Assembly: GCA_951406725.2 (NCBI GenBank) | Contig: OX597826.1 | Span: forward strand, 72,354,001-72,418,000 | Direction: 5' to 3' | Source of the DNA: Octopus vulgaris | Lineage: Eukaryota | Length of the DNA: 64,000 nt | Shown: positions 1 to 11,889 of the stretch, piece by piece | How the letters are laid out: each line of letters opens with the position of its first letter | Numbering within the stretch: the first letter of the stretch is position 1 | Program-made: the position numbers and the translations under genes | The notes under the pieces: generated by a model | Told to the model about the DNA's origin: nothing | Databases searched by the model: none | What the model saw: only the letters and a program-made list of their open reading frames with translations

Positions 1-572
1 ATTTTTCAGATCTTATATTGACATATCATAGATAACTATGCAAACTTTTTGATGCTGTTTGAATTCTGTTTCAAGTATATTAAATATCATTAACCTTCCT
101 CCAGGATAAACTAATGTTCTCAAAATATTTTTCTGGGGGTTAAAATTCTCACAAACACAGCTGTATATTCCTTACCAAACTTGCTTTCAGTGTTTAGTTT
201 CACTTTCTTTGCAGTTAGCTTATACACTTCATAACTTGCTTTACAGAAGTTTTTTAATTAATACATTGGCACAGATGTGGCTCTATGGTTAAGATTGCTT
301 TCCAACCGCATGGTTTTGGGTTCGCTATTATTGTAGGCTGACCAAAGGAAAAGCCTTGTGAGTGAATTTGGTAGACTGAAACTTAAAAAAAAAAATTTTT
401 TTTAAACCCTGTTATGTGTATATGTGCGTGAGTGTTTCTTTGTTTTGACATCAAATAGTAGTTGTAAGCAAGGATCACCTTCAAACAAGCAGTGTTGTTC
501 AGTTCCAGTCTTCCATAAAAATGTTTGGCAATAGTAGAAACTCTAACTCATGCAAACATGGAAAAGTAGACA

Positions 573-801
573 TTAACCCTTTTGTTACCGTATTCCTGTT
601 GAGATGCTCTGTGTTTCTTTCAGTTACTTTAAATATAACAAAGAATTTAGTGAAATAACTTAGTTATCATTAAGCTAGTGTTAGGAACATAAACTGTGAC
701 TAAGGTTTGGTGGAAGATTTTAATTCAAATCTTATGAAAACATAACATTTGTATTGCAGAGCCAAAGGTGGATTCAGCTGGGTTGATATCAAAAGGGTTA
801 A
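573..801. mobile_element. piggyBac-like MITE family A (about 225 bp)
   Basis: TTAA-CCCTTT...AAAGGG-TTAA; reverse complement of the copies at 31362 and 38439. Confidence 0.85.
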
Positions 802-3074
802 AATGATGATGATGATGATGGTCTTTTGATGATAGATTACTGTTGCCATAAAGATTATTTTAAAGCTGCTAATCTAAAGGCAGAGTTCCTCTTATTTTTT
901 AATATTCTTTATGTTCAGTCAAATAGTAGTAGCATTCAAAATTGTACTTTATATGCTACAGACCCTTCCAAAACTAGCATTATAAGATTACCAATGAAGA
1001 CAATCAAAATAATACATATTGTCCTATTATAATGAGTAAGTAATAAATATTGCCCTAGCATAATAAGATTACCAACAAAGACAATCATACAATATCAATA
1101 TATGTAATAATACAAACAACAAAACCTCCATAAGCCATGAACCCTTTGACAAGTTAAGCCTTATGAGAATGAAGGATAACTCAGAATAACAAGATATAAA
1201 AGATTCACAGACAACAAGTATGTCAAACATATACTCCCATCATCGGCTGCCTAATGGATGTCACTATGGTTTTGATACCTGGGCAGTACCATTTAATCCA
1301 GTGGTGTCAACAGTGTTAAAAATATTAACACTGCCTGGGAATCAGTTGACAAGTAGCAGGAGTGAAACAGTGTAATGTGTCGATTACATCTACACAAGGG
1401 ATTATTATTACAAATACCAGCATCAAATGTAAACAAATTCTTACAAACACTTTAGCATACAAACTGGCCAGATCAGGCCTCGCACCTGCCCTACAATGTC
1501 ATACTAACAGTAAACAATCATATCATTGAAATCTCATTGCTGTGAGATAATGCATGATTAATTCAAAACAATATGAATAAATGAGCATCATATTTGACAG
1601 AATTATCTGAATGCTAAAGGGTTAAACCTGTAGCTACAAAGTATATCAAATAAAAACAAAGAAATATTTCCCTCCAAAATAACATGGCTATTTCAAAAAC
1701 TATAGACTGTAATCACACCTTTCAGAATAAGGCATACTTTTCATTTACCTCTTTGCAAAAATAATTTGCTGTCCATTTTTATATCAAAGAACTTTTGCCA
1801 GCAACAGTTATTCTTTCATTAAGTATTATCCTTTGCAGAAAGGGTCACTTGCTGTTATGTTCTTAACAATATTGATATAGAATCTGTAAAAAGAATAGAC
1901 AAATGAAGTGGTAAGTACTAAAAATGTTAATTAACTGTAAATAAAGGTGTGACTAATACATCTTGTAAATTCATATGAATTTCAACATTATGGTTAATAT
2001 CGCAAAACAAGCATTACGGTTGACAAAAATTAGTTTATTTACGAGTTGTTGAAATTATATTAAATTACTGCTTTGATCTTAACGATTAAACATTTTATTT
2101 TTTGTTTTGTTTTTCATGTGGGTGTTTTAAAGAACTTTCTTAGCGGACAGTTTCAAATTTTGTCTGCAGGTGATGTTTCTCTATCCTTCTCCATCTCTTT
2201 CATCCCTTCTTGATTTCTAGCTTGGTCTCTACAAGAAGAGTATTTATTTTATCTTTCTGAGTTACTATTTGGCCTTTGATGAACATAAAATATTTTAACC
2301 TAATTTCCACGTGGATTATCCTTCACTGGAATTGAAAGATTGATTTCTTTGGTTAGTTTTCAGAATTTAGAGTCTCTAAAATATTTGTCTAGGTCTCAGT
2401 GATTTTAATTGATTCAATCCATTTGAAATATACTTCAGATCTTTACCAATCATTTATTTATTGTTGAAAGATATTTTATTCCAAATAACTGCAGGTAAAT
2501 TGCAATGTGATACATATATAAAGTTTGTGATTAAAGTACATGATACCTTTGGTGAGTTCAGTTAACTCTTTCCCTGTCTGCAGCTGCTGACATCTTTGTC
2601 TTATGGTTACTGCTATACATAACAGTTTTGCTATTTTCTTTTGTCAGTTGTTATTTCTTTTGTGTTAAACATTTTACAGTCTGCAGCCAATTTTTAATTG
2701 CTCTTATTAATTTAGATTGGTAGAAAGGCAAACAAAATGTCTTGGGGTACTTAGTTCTTTGTTCTGATTTCAAATCCTGTTAAAGTCAGCTTTGCCATTT
2801 CACTTTTCCAAAGTCGATAAAAAATATTTATCAGTTAAGTTGATATAAATGGCTATACCCTCTTGCTAAAATTAATGCTTTTTTATCCAAATTGTTTTAA
2901 ATTTGAAGCCTTGTACATATATAAGAGATATCGTTCATTGTAATGGTTCTAATGCAATGATTTGAGTCCAGAATTTGAACTATAAAGATGGGATTTTATT
3001 CTTCTATCATTTGGAAATTTTGTTGCAGATAATGTATTGCGAGTTGATTTTATCTTAAAAGGGTTAATAAAATA

Positions 3075-3655
3075 TAGCTAGTAATGCACTTGTTAGTCAC
3101 CAACATTACCAGTTACTAATAGTTAGCATTGCCTGTTGATAAAAAAACAAAGACAAGCGTTGCCAGTTGATACTCACTAGTATTGCCATTTGATACTTGC
3201 AAACATTGTCAGTTGATACTTACCAACATTGTTAGTTACACTTGCTGGCTCTGCCAGTTATCTTTACAGCATTGCTGTTTTATACTACTAGCTAGCAATG
3301 CTAGTTGATAGTCACCAACATTGCATTTACTGATAAAAACTAACTAGTTTTGCCAACTAACAACACAAGTTGTTATTACCGGTTGTTGATACTTCTCAGC
3401 ATAACCACTTGATACTTGGCAACACTAGTTGATTGTTTATGACATCTGTTTGATATTTACTAGCATTGCCAGCTGCTATTCTGCACTGTTGATATAAGCT
3501 GGTATTACTAGTTAATAGTTTCTCTCATAACCAATGGAAACTAGTCGGCATTACCAATTACCAGATAAATATTTGCTAGCCTTGCCAGTTGAATATTAGC
3601 CAGCATTGCTTGTTGATGCTCATGAGTGTTGCCAATTGTTACCAGCTTGCAGAGC
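3075..3655. repeat. Degenerate minisatellite, about 23-bp unit (gttgatacttactagcattgcca), roughly 25 copies
   Basis: Recurring cattgccagttgatact at about 23-nt period. Confidence 0.8.
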
Positions 3656-5877
3656 TGTTATTAAAAAATGCTTTGTATAAGATCTTCCTTAACTTTTAAA
3701 ATACAAATTTAATTTCTATGATAATAGTGTAATTATACTGTACTTACAGTCCATTACAGTACTTCAGTTACATTGTCTTATATAGTACTTTAGTTACATG
3801 TTGGTACTTTATATATCATCAACTGTGTCTTGTAAATTAGTTCACTGTTTATTGTAAGGCAGTGAAGGGTGTATATAATCTTGCAGTAATGGACTGAATC
3901 TTGGCCAAATTCCTTGATAAACCACAGTAGACTCAATGGTTAAATAATGAATACACTAGTAGAGAATAATGACATGTAATGTCCAAGTGTATGAATGTAT
4001 TAGTCTCGTTTGTGGGTTATCTGTTTGTAATATGTAAACATTTGTTCAAAATATTTTGTGGCATTTCATCCACTTTTACTTTCTCAGTTCAAAATTCCAC
4101 TGTGGTTGACTTTGCCTTTCATCCTTTTGGTGTCGATGAAATAAGTACCAGTTGAATGCTGGGGTCAATGTAATTGACTTACACCCTGCCCCAGACTTGC
4201 TGGCCTTGTGTCAAAATTTGAAACCATTATGTGTGCATTTGTTATTCTCATAGAATATTGAATTATTTTTCACCTCTGCTTGCTTAGAAAGCAGTTGTTA
4301 TTGTCAAAAGAAGTCACCAAATTGATCTGAGGGTGTTTTTGAATTCTGCCAATAGTCTCCTGGCCACTAGAAGAGAATAGAACTAACAATACACTCCATC
4401 TAATAAATTTTCTTGGTTTGAAATTGAAGGCAAGTGCATACATATGAAATAAGTGAATGCATTAAAATGAATGGAGAGAGACAATGAGATATGAATTATT
4501 TCTGAAGAGGTTTATTTTTGAAGAAATAATCATTTTGTGAATCTTTTTAGTCTTAACAATTTGGAGAATATAATTAAGATTTCTAATGAAAATTGATGTC
4601 TGTTGTCATTGTTTAAAATAACCAACTTGAGGCTCATTAGTCAGAAATCTGTCTGTACAAGCCATATATAATAATATTTCACTAGATTATCATGCAAATC
4701 TGTAGCATAGTGTAAATGGTAAGCTGTTATTAGTATTGAGGTTTCCATTTGAAGTTGCAGTCATTGACTTTGAGGAAGATGTTTGTTGTCTTAACCATCA
4801 ACTCTCCCTAAAACTTTTACACTTCATGCCTTCTTGGCAATGGGTAACCACTCCAGTGAACAAAGTTTTCCTTGAGACATTGATATAGAATCACAATAAA
4901 CTGAATTTCTTTCTGTTTCAGGAAGTAACATCTATATCAGATTTTAAATCAAATTTCCTTCATTAACAGCTCTCTAATTAAAACATGATTTATTCAAACA
5001 TTAATTCATATAAATGATAATGAAGCAACATTAGAGTAATCAAGCGATCTGAAAAAGTCCAGTTATGAAGTTATACTATGGGAATATCAAGTTAGTAGAC
5101 TTGTGTTTGAGGGTTAGTAGACTTGTGTTTGAGGGTGTATTGAGGAGGGTGTAAGGGTTTCAAGTAACATACTTTGAGAATTTCAGCTGTAATGAAATTA
5201 ACCAAACATTAGAAATGAACGATCACAAAGCAACAACAAAAATAGTTCTATGATATATTGTCATAAAATTCACCAAAGACCAGAGTTACCTCTAGTTTTC
5301 ATATTTGCGGTAAAATTAGTCCATGGCTTTACAGATTAGGGATTAGATAAAGAAGGGAGCATGTTTAACCCTTTATGACCTTGTTTCTAGTGAAAAACAC
5401 TCAGTATGTTTCAGTTAATTTTGATAATAGTAGAAAGAATCTGGAAGCATTTTGTAAAATAACAATTTAGCTGTAAGCATGCTGGTGTTTGGAGCCCAAC
5501 TTATCAAAAAGTTCTTGTAGATAATAGTGATGGATGGTTTTAATTTAGATATGAACTCTTGAAAATCATAGAAACACATGCCACTCAGATGGATTGCTAA
5601 GAACAGAGTGATGCCTGTTTCTACAACTAAACTTTTACCAAGTTTTTGATAATGATAATGATAATATTAATAATAATAATTAGTTGTGCCTTTTAGTTTT
5701 GGTTTGTGCCTTATTCTTTGTTTCACAGGAGAATAGCTATCCAAACTAATGTACCCCAGTGCATGTGTGTGGGTATGTGTTCATTTGTTTTTACGCCTGT
5801 CTTTTTATGCCTGCATGAGTTAGATGAATATATTATCGAGGTATTGTTTTATAGCCATATGGTGTTCCTGTTGTTAC

Positions 5878-5880
<3 letters not shown>

Positions 5881-5966
<86 letters not shown>
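5881..5966. repeat. Compound (CT)n(CA)n microsatellite, one of many (TA)n, (CA)n, (GAT)n and (ATT)n tracts
   Basis: Direct reading. Confidence 0.97.
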
Positions 5967-5970
<4 letters not shown>

Positions 5971-6471
5971 TAGTGGTGGTGATGGTAAAAATGGATAAGG
6001 CTGATCTATGTATGATATTGTTTTTAAAATCTTCCGAAGTAAACCTTACAACCTCATTACTCACATGAAAGGCAATTTATAAGTGAAGAATGTTTATGTA
6101 TTTAAAAAGTAACAAAACTTGTCTATTTGATATTTTGACTTCAGAGCCAGAGCCAGTTTCAGCCGGGTTGGTAACAAAAGGGTTAAAAAGTAACAAAACT
6201 TGTCTATTTTATATTTTGAAATTAGTTAATTAGTTGTCTGTTGATAAGGTTGGTAATATGGTTATATTGTCTCATTTTTTGTATTTCTAAAATATTTACA
6301 CTAATGTTGCTGTTGGGTCAGTTCAGCTCTTAATGGGCTGCCCAGCTGTCTATATACTCTGCAGCGTCTTTGGTAATACTAGTGCTTTGCAGTCCACATC
6401 AATTGTCAACAACACTAGTTGCTACTAATAGTACTGCTGCTACTGCTACATTAAATTATTATTATTATCAT

Positions 6472-7030
6472 TGAGTGAGAGAGCAGTGCATGCCATCAAA
6501 GTGACACTGGGGTAAAATATACGAAGCCCAGTATACCCATCATGACTACCCATCTGATAAGGGTACACCATGCACATGCATCACAACCATATGTGTGCGA
6601 CATGATGATCTCATATCAAGATAAACAGCACATGACCTTGTAGGTGGTGCGCAGTTAGAATTTTCTTCTGGTCGAGTAACCCATCCTGCTCAAAAGGTCC
6701 CTGAATAAGGGTTGTTTAAGGATGTTGAACGAACCACCCATGTTTCCAAAGGTGAATTATCCAAACCTCTAAGAATTCTTTCAACACACGGCTATGATGC
6801 TCCCCCACTACTTCTGCTCATGATCAGAGATGCACATATCATCAGCCACCAAGGGACATGCTCAACTGGTTACAGTCATACAACTGACAAGCAAATCTGT
6901 GGTATTGAGCAGAATATTTGCTGTAGCCCATCTTTTATACCAAGACAAAACAATGTACATGATAACACTTCCAATCAGTTAAGATCAGAAGCCATGAGAG
7001 CCACTGCCTGGTACTGCATCAGGGCATTTA
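6472..7030. mobile_element. About 560-bp interspersed element inserted in an (ATT)n microsatellite
   Basis: Sharp compositional block bounded by attattattatcatt and tttattattattatt; class not determined. Confidence 0.55.
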
Positions 7031-7057
7031 TTATTATTATTATTATTATTATTAAGA

Positions 7058-7450
7058 ACGCGGTGAACTGGCAGAATTGTTAGTATGCTAGGTGAAATGC
7101 TTAGCAGCATTTTGTTTGAGCTTTTGGTCTGAGTTCAAATTCTGCCGAGGTCGACTTTGCCTTTCATCCTTTCAGGGTCGATGAAATGAGTACCAGTTAC
7201 ACACTGGGGTTGGTGTAATTGACTAGCCCCCTTCTCCCAAATTTGAGGCCTTGTGCTTCTAAGGCAGGCTGGCAGAACTGTTAGAGCGCTGGGCAAAAGG
7301 CTTCACAACATTTCTTGCAGCTTTACATTATGAGTTCAAATTCCTTTCCGGGTCAGTAAAATAAGTACTAGTTGTACACTGGAGTCAATACCATTAACTG
7401 GTCGGCTTCCCTCCCAATATTTCAGGCCTTGTGCCTATAGTAGAAAGGAT
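7058..7450 (+). mobile_element. Two tandem SINE family 2 copies (more near 4060, 15020, 16615, 20680, 36925, 37690, 41075, 54075 minus, 63380 minus)
   Basis: Recurring gagttcaaat..gactttgcctttcatcc..aagtaccagt core. Confidence 0.8.
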
Positions 7451-7800
7451 TGTTATGAATCCTCTTTATTGTTTTACGGTGTTGTTACATCAAGCTGTGG
7501 AGTAATGTGAAAGAAAATAGATTCATTTTAGGCCATACTGCTTAGAAAGATGATACCAGCAGTTACGGACTTGCAGGGGTCCAATAAGTTGTTGGAGTAT
7601 CTATATTGATAACCTATCAGCTCTTTTATACTGTTAAATTGCAACAGTAAAATTTGGTTCTCTGAGAGTGGCTGTGGTAAGAAGTTTGTTTCCCAACCAC
7701 ATGGACTGTGTGGCACTTTGGCCAAGTGTCTTCTACTGTAGTCTTGGGCTGACTAAAGCTTTCTGTGTGGATTTGAAAGAAGCCCATCATATATATATAT

Positions 7801-8015
7801 GCGGCGAGCTGGCAGAAACGTTAGCACGCCGGGCGAAATGTGTTGCCGTATTTCGTCTGCCGTTATGTTCCGAGTTCAAATTCCGCCAAGGTCGACTTTG
7901 CCTTTCATCCTTCCGGGGTCGATAAATTAAGTACCAGTTACGCACTGGGGTCGATGTAATCGACGTAATCCGTTTGTCTGTCCTTGTTTGTCTCCTCTGT
8001 GGGTAGTAAAGAAAT
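7801..8015 (+). mobile_element. tRNA-derived SINE family 2, young, nested in the TA tract of a family 1 copy
   Basis: gcggcgagctggcagaaacgttagc...gagttcaaattcc...gtcgactttgcctttcatcc; CpGs retained. Confidence 0.85.
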
Positions 8016-8261
8016 ATATATATATATATGTGTGTATGTGTATTGTTGTGTTTGTCCTCACTACCGTTTGACATCAGTGTTGGTTTGTTCACATCCCCAT
8101 GACTTAGTGGTTTGAGTGGGTTGGCAAAAGAGACTAAAATAGAATAAGACTTAAAAAAAAAAATGCAACAAGTACTGGGGCCAATTTGGTCAAGTAAACC
8201 CCTTCAACACAGTGCCCCAGCATGGCCACAATCTTCTGAAATGAATAAAAAATAAAGATAC

Positions 8262-8495
8262 CTATTTCTTTACTACCCACAAGGGGCTAAACACAGAGAG
8301 GACAAACAAGGACGGACATAGGTATTAAGTCGATTATATCGACCCCAGTGCATAACTGGTACTTATTTAATCGACCCCGAAAGGATGAAAGGCAAAGTCG
8401 ACCTCGGCGGAAGTCGAACTCAGAACGTAGCGGCAGATGAAATACTGCTAAGCATTTCGCCCGGCGCGCTAACATTTCCGCCAGCTCACCACCTT
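8262..8495 (-). mobile_element. SINE family 2, young
   Basis: Reverse complement of 7801-8015. Confidence 0.85.
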
Positions 8496-8538
8496 AAAAA
8501 TAAAGATACCGGTTCGGTTCGTCTCTCCTCTGTCTCTC

Positions 8539-8577
<39 letters not shown>

Positions 8578-8808
8578 GATCTCTGCATCCCATTTGTTCT
8601 TTAATAATCATTAAGTAAAATTATTATTGCTGTTTTAAAGCACTTTTATCATTTTGAGATATTGCAAGATTGTTTTTGTTTGCACATTCGAAATGTTTGC
8701 ATTGAATTCTAAGTTATGTCTTTCTCTTTTCGCTTCCACTTGTAGGTTTTTTGTGTTGCTATTATTGCCATAGCTGTTCCTGTGTAAGCAGCAGGATCAT
8801 TGTACAGT

Positions 8809-8898
8809 ATGACAAGTGAAGACAGTCCAATAATGACTGCCCCACCACCTCAGCCACCCCCAGTTTATCCACAGGACAATATGAAAATGTTAGAAACT
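8809..8898 (+). CDS. SMARCA4: Coding exon 1 (exon starts 8746 with 63 nt of 5'UTR): MTSEDSPIMTAPPPQPPPVYPQDNMKMLET
   Basis: ttgtag acceptor ending 8745, in-frame TAA upstream of the ATG, act|gtaagt phase-0 donor that joins AINSMEEKG of the next exon. Confidence 0.85.
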
Positions 8899-8982
8899 GT
8901 AAGTATCTCAACTGCCGAATCTTTCTTTGCTATTTGTTGAAATCAGCAACAACAGAACTTTGATTTACCTTACATATATATA

Positions 8983-9289
8983 GTGGAGGCGCAATGGCCC
9001 AGTGGTTAGGGCAGCGGACTCGCGGTCGTAGGATCGCGGTTTCGATTCCCAGACCGGGCGTTGTGTGTGTTTATTGACTGAAAACACCTAAAAGCTCCAC
9101 GAGGCTCCAGCAGGGGGTGGTGATCCCTGCTGTACTCCTTCACCACTCTTTCTCTCACTCTTTTTTCTGTTGGCCTGCTTGCTTAGCCAGCGGGGTGGCG
9201 TCATTCGAAGGCTAAAACAATGCGAACGCATTGTGACCAGCGATGTGTAGCAACATCTGATGGTCTGGTCGGTCACGTGATCACGTGAT
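8983..9289 (+). mobile_element. tRNA-derived SINE family 3 inserted in (TA)n
   Basis: ggcgcaatggcccagtggttaggg..ggtttcgattccc tRNA-like head; tcacgtga tail. Confidence 0.85.
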
Positions 9290-9298
9290 ATATATATA

Positions 9299-9470
9299 GG
9301 CACAGGCATGGCTGTGTGGTAGGAAGCTCGCTTCTCAGCCACATGGTTCCAGGTTCAGTCCCACTGTGTGGCACCTTGGGCAAATGTCTTCTACTATAAG
9401 CATTGAGCCAACCAAAACCATGTGAGTGGATTTGGTAGACGGAAACTGAAAGAAGCCTGTTGTATATATG
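9299..9470 (+). mobile_element. SINE family 1, 5' half
   Basis: ggcacaggcatggctgtgtggtag...gaaactgaaagaagcc. Confidence 0.8.
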
Positions 9471-9479
9471 GTATAAGTG

Positions 9480-10070
9480 TATAAGTGCTCCGTGACCACA
9501 GTAAAGGCTGTAAGACATGACATGGACAGCTGCGATGGAAACCACAAAGCTATGACCAGCTGCAAGGTGATGGTCTTTGGGTGTGTCTTGAGGTAGAGTG
9601 ATGCCATGCCTCCTTACATCTTTGAACAGGGCGTTAGGCTCAATTCAGATGGCTGTGTGAAGCTGTTGGAGAGGGTTGCTGCTGGAAAGCCATATGTGTA
9701 GCAGCAGGATTTGGCTCCTTGCCATACCTCAGGAAATAGTCAGAAGTGGTTGTCGGAGAATTTCTATGACTTCCCCAGCCCCTAGTGTCTGGCCTCCTAA
9801 TTCCCCTGATTGTAATCCCATGGATTACTGTGGGTGGAGGTGTGTCTGAGAAAGACACCAACCATTCAGCATGCAACACCAAGGCTGAGCTGGTGACCAA
9901 GAGCAAGTGGGGGGTATTTGAAAATCTTCCCTGAGAGACAGTGAGGAATGCATATGCTGGGTTCCAGAGCTGTCTTGAGGCCATGGTGGAAGTGGAAGCT
10001 GGTTTTCTCCCAGCCATTATCTAGTTAATGTTTTTTTGATTTTTAAAATACTTTTATTTTTAGATGAAAT
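9480..10070 (+). mobile_element. Tc1/mariner-superfamily maT (DD37D) transposase fossil
   Basis: VMVFGCV, KPYV*QQDLAPCHTS...WLSENFYDF, frameshift, VWPPNSPDCNPMDY; 37 residues between the 2nd and 3rd Asp. Confidence 0.8.
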
Positions 10071-10073
10071 ATT

Positions 10074-10364
10074 GTGGATTTGGTAGACGGAAACTGAAAG
10101 AAGCCCGTCGTATATATGTATATATATATATATATATGCGTGTGTGTGTTTGTGTGTCTGTTTGTCCCCCTAGCATTGCTTGACAACCGATGCTGGTGTG
10201 TTTATGTCCCCGTTACTTAGCGGTTCGGCAAAAGAGACCGATAAAATAAGTACTGGACTTGCAAAAGAATAAGTCCTGGGGTCGAGTTGCTCGATTAAAG
10301 GCGGTGCTCCAGCATGGCCGCAGTCAAATGACTGAAACAAGTAAAAGAGTAAAGAGTAAAAGAG
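10074..10364 (+). mobile_element. SINE family 1, 3' two-thirds
   Basis: gtggatttggtagacggaaactg...taaaagagt tail. Confidence 0.85.
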
Positions 10365-10625
10365 TATTGTGTTTTCTTTTCCTTTTATGTACAACAAGTG
10401 TGTGTACAGTGGTTCCTGTGTGTAGAGTGGTTCCTGTGTGTACAGTTAAATGTACGATTGGTTCCGTATTAACATAATGTAATGCATAGTCCCTCTCAAC
10501 TGTTGTGCATCTGCATCCAAATGCACTATGAACACACATTGCAGAGGATGTAGCCCTAATGGCAAAATGTGTATGGAACAGATGGCATAAACTGCCTGTT
10601 GTGTTAATCAACCCCCCCCCTCTCG

Positions 10626-10674
<49 letters not shown>

Positions 10675-10677
10675 GAT

Positions 10678-10981
10678 GTGGAGACGCAATGGCCCAGTGG
10701 TTAGGGCAGCGGACTCGCGGTCGTAGGATCGCGGTTTCGATTCCCAGACCAAGTGTTATGAGTGTTTATTGAGCAAAAACACCTAAAGCTCCACGAGGCT
10801 CTGGCAGGGGGTGGTGGCGATTGCTGCTGTACTCTTTCGCCGCAGTTTTCTCTCGCTCTTTCTTCTGTTGGCCTGCTCGCCTAGCCAGCGGGGTGGTGTC
10901 ATTCGAAGGCTAAAACAATGCGAAGCGCATTGTGACCAGCGATGTGTAGCAACATCTGATAGCCTGGTCTGTCACAGTGAT
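10678..10981 (+). mobile_element. SINE family 3 (diverged relatives near 16210-16440 and 51805-52065 minus)
   Basis: Colinear with 8983-9289. Confidence 0.85.
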
Positions 10982-11697
10982 ATATATATATATAATGATA
11001 GTTGTCCACTTGTGACTGAGGAGGGCCATCACTGGCCATTGTCCATGCAGAGTGTCAACAATATCTGTGCATGAGATTATTGCACTTGTGGCCAGCTTAA
11101 CTCGGATTCACTCCTACAGCTTCCATGCTCGCTTTGGTGCCCTCCTACTCATCCTCACTGGCGATTGCACAAACTAAAATTTTAGATCCAATGTCTTGCA
11201 CATCTCACAGATCCTCTCCACTCCATTGGTATGATCCAGAGACACGCCAGGGTGAGATATCCAGTGCCAATAGGGTTGCAGGCTCAGGAATGTGAGAATG
11301 CCATGATCTCAGCACAAGCACTAGATCCCTGAAATGTTCACACACACACACACACATACACATACATATGAAAGAATAATTCAGATTAGATTTTGGTTCT
11401 TTTTCTTAACCTGATTCAACACATAGTTGTTGAATATCAAGAAAGTATATTGAGAATTGCAATCTCCTCTGTGAATTTGTCACTGCTGGGAATATGTCTT
11501 TCTGTTAGGGTGTTGGATCTTTAATGTCACAAGCTGTGGCTGGCTAAGCACCAATTTTCGGAGCCCCTTATACTTTTACTATCATAAAAGTTGAAGTATT
11601 TTAAGAAACTGGTTTTTAGTTTGTAATTTTCTTTGGCTGTTTGAAATATTTGTACTGAATTCTAAATATGCATTTCCCTTTTCTTTGCCACTTGTAG

Positions 11698-11889
11698 GTA
11701 TTTTGTGTTACTATTATTGCCATAGCTGTTCCTGTATTAGTAGCAGGATCATTGTACAGTATGACAAGTGAAGACAGTCCAATAATGACTACCCCACCAC
11801 CTCAGCTACCCCCAGTTTATCCCCAGGACAATGTGCAAATGTTACAAAATTTTAACAGCATTATTAAGACTTTACTTACTAGCTACTAA
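11698..11889 (+). pseudogene. Tandem duplicate of coding exon 1 (acceptor and ATG kept, donor lost)
   Basis: 12 substitutions and no indels over 153 nt versus 8746-8898; reads to TAA 11887-11889. Confidence 0.9.

Noticed and set aside
5706-6068. ORFs with THTH, CVCV or YIYI runs (many in the ORF track)
   Set aside because: Translations of microsatellites and SINEs, not genes.
1-8745. Promoter or first non-coding exon
   Set aside because: No CpG-rich promoter or convincing exon; the region looks intronic, so the TSS is probably upstream of the window.
8986-9060. tRNA-like sequence (also at 10681, 41640, 7801)
   Set aside because: These are SINE heads: no proper acceptor stem, and each continues into a repeated SINE body.
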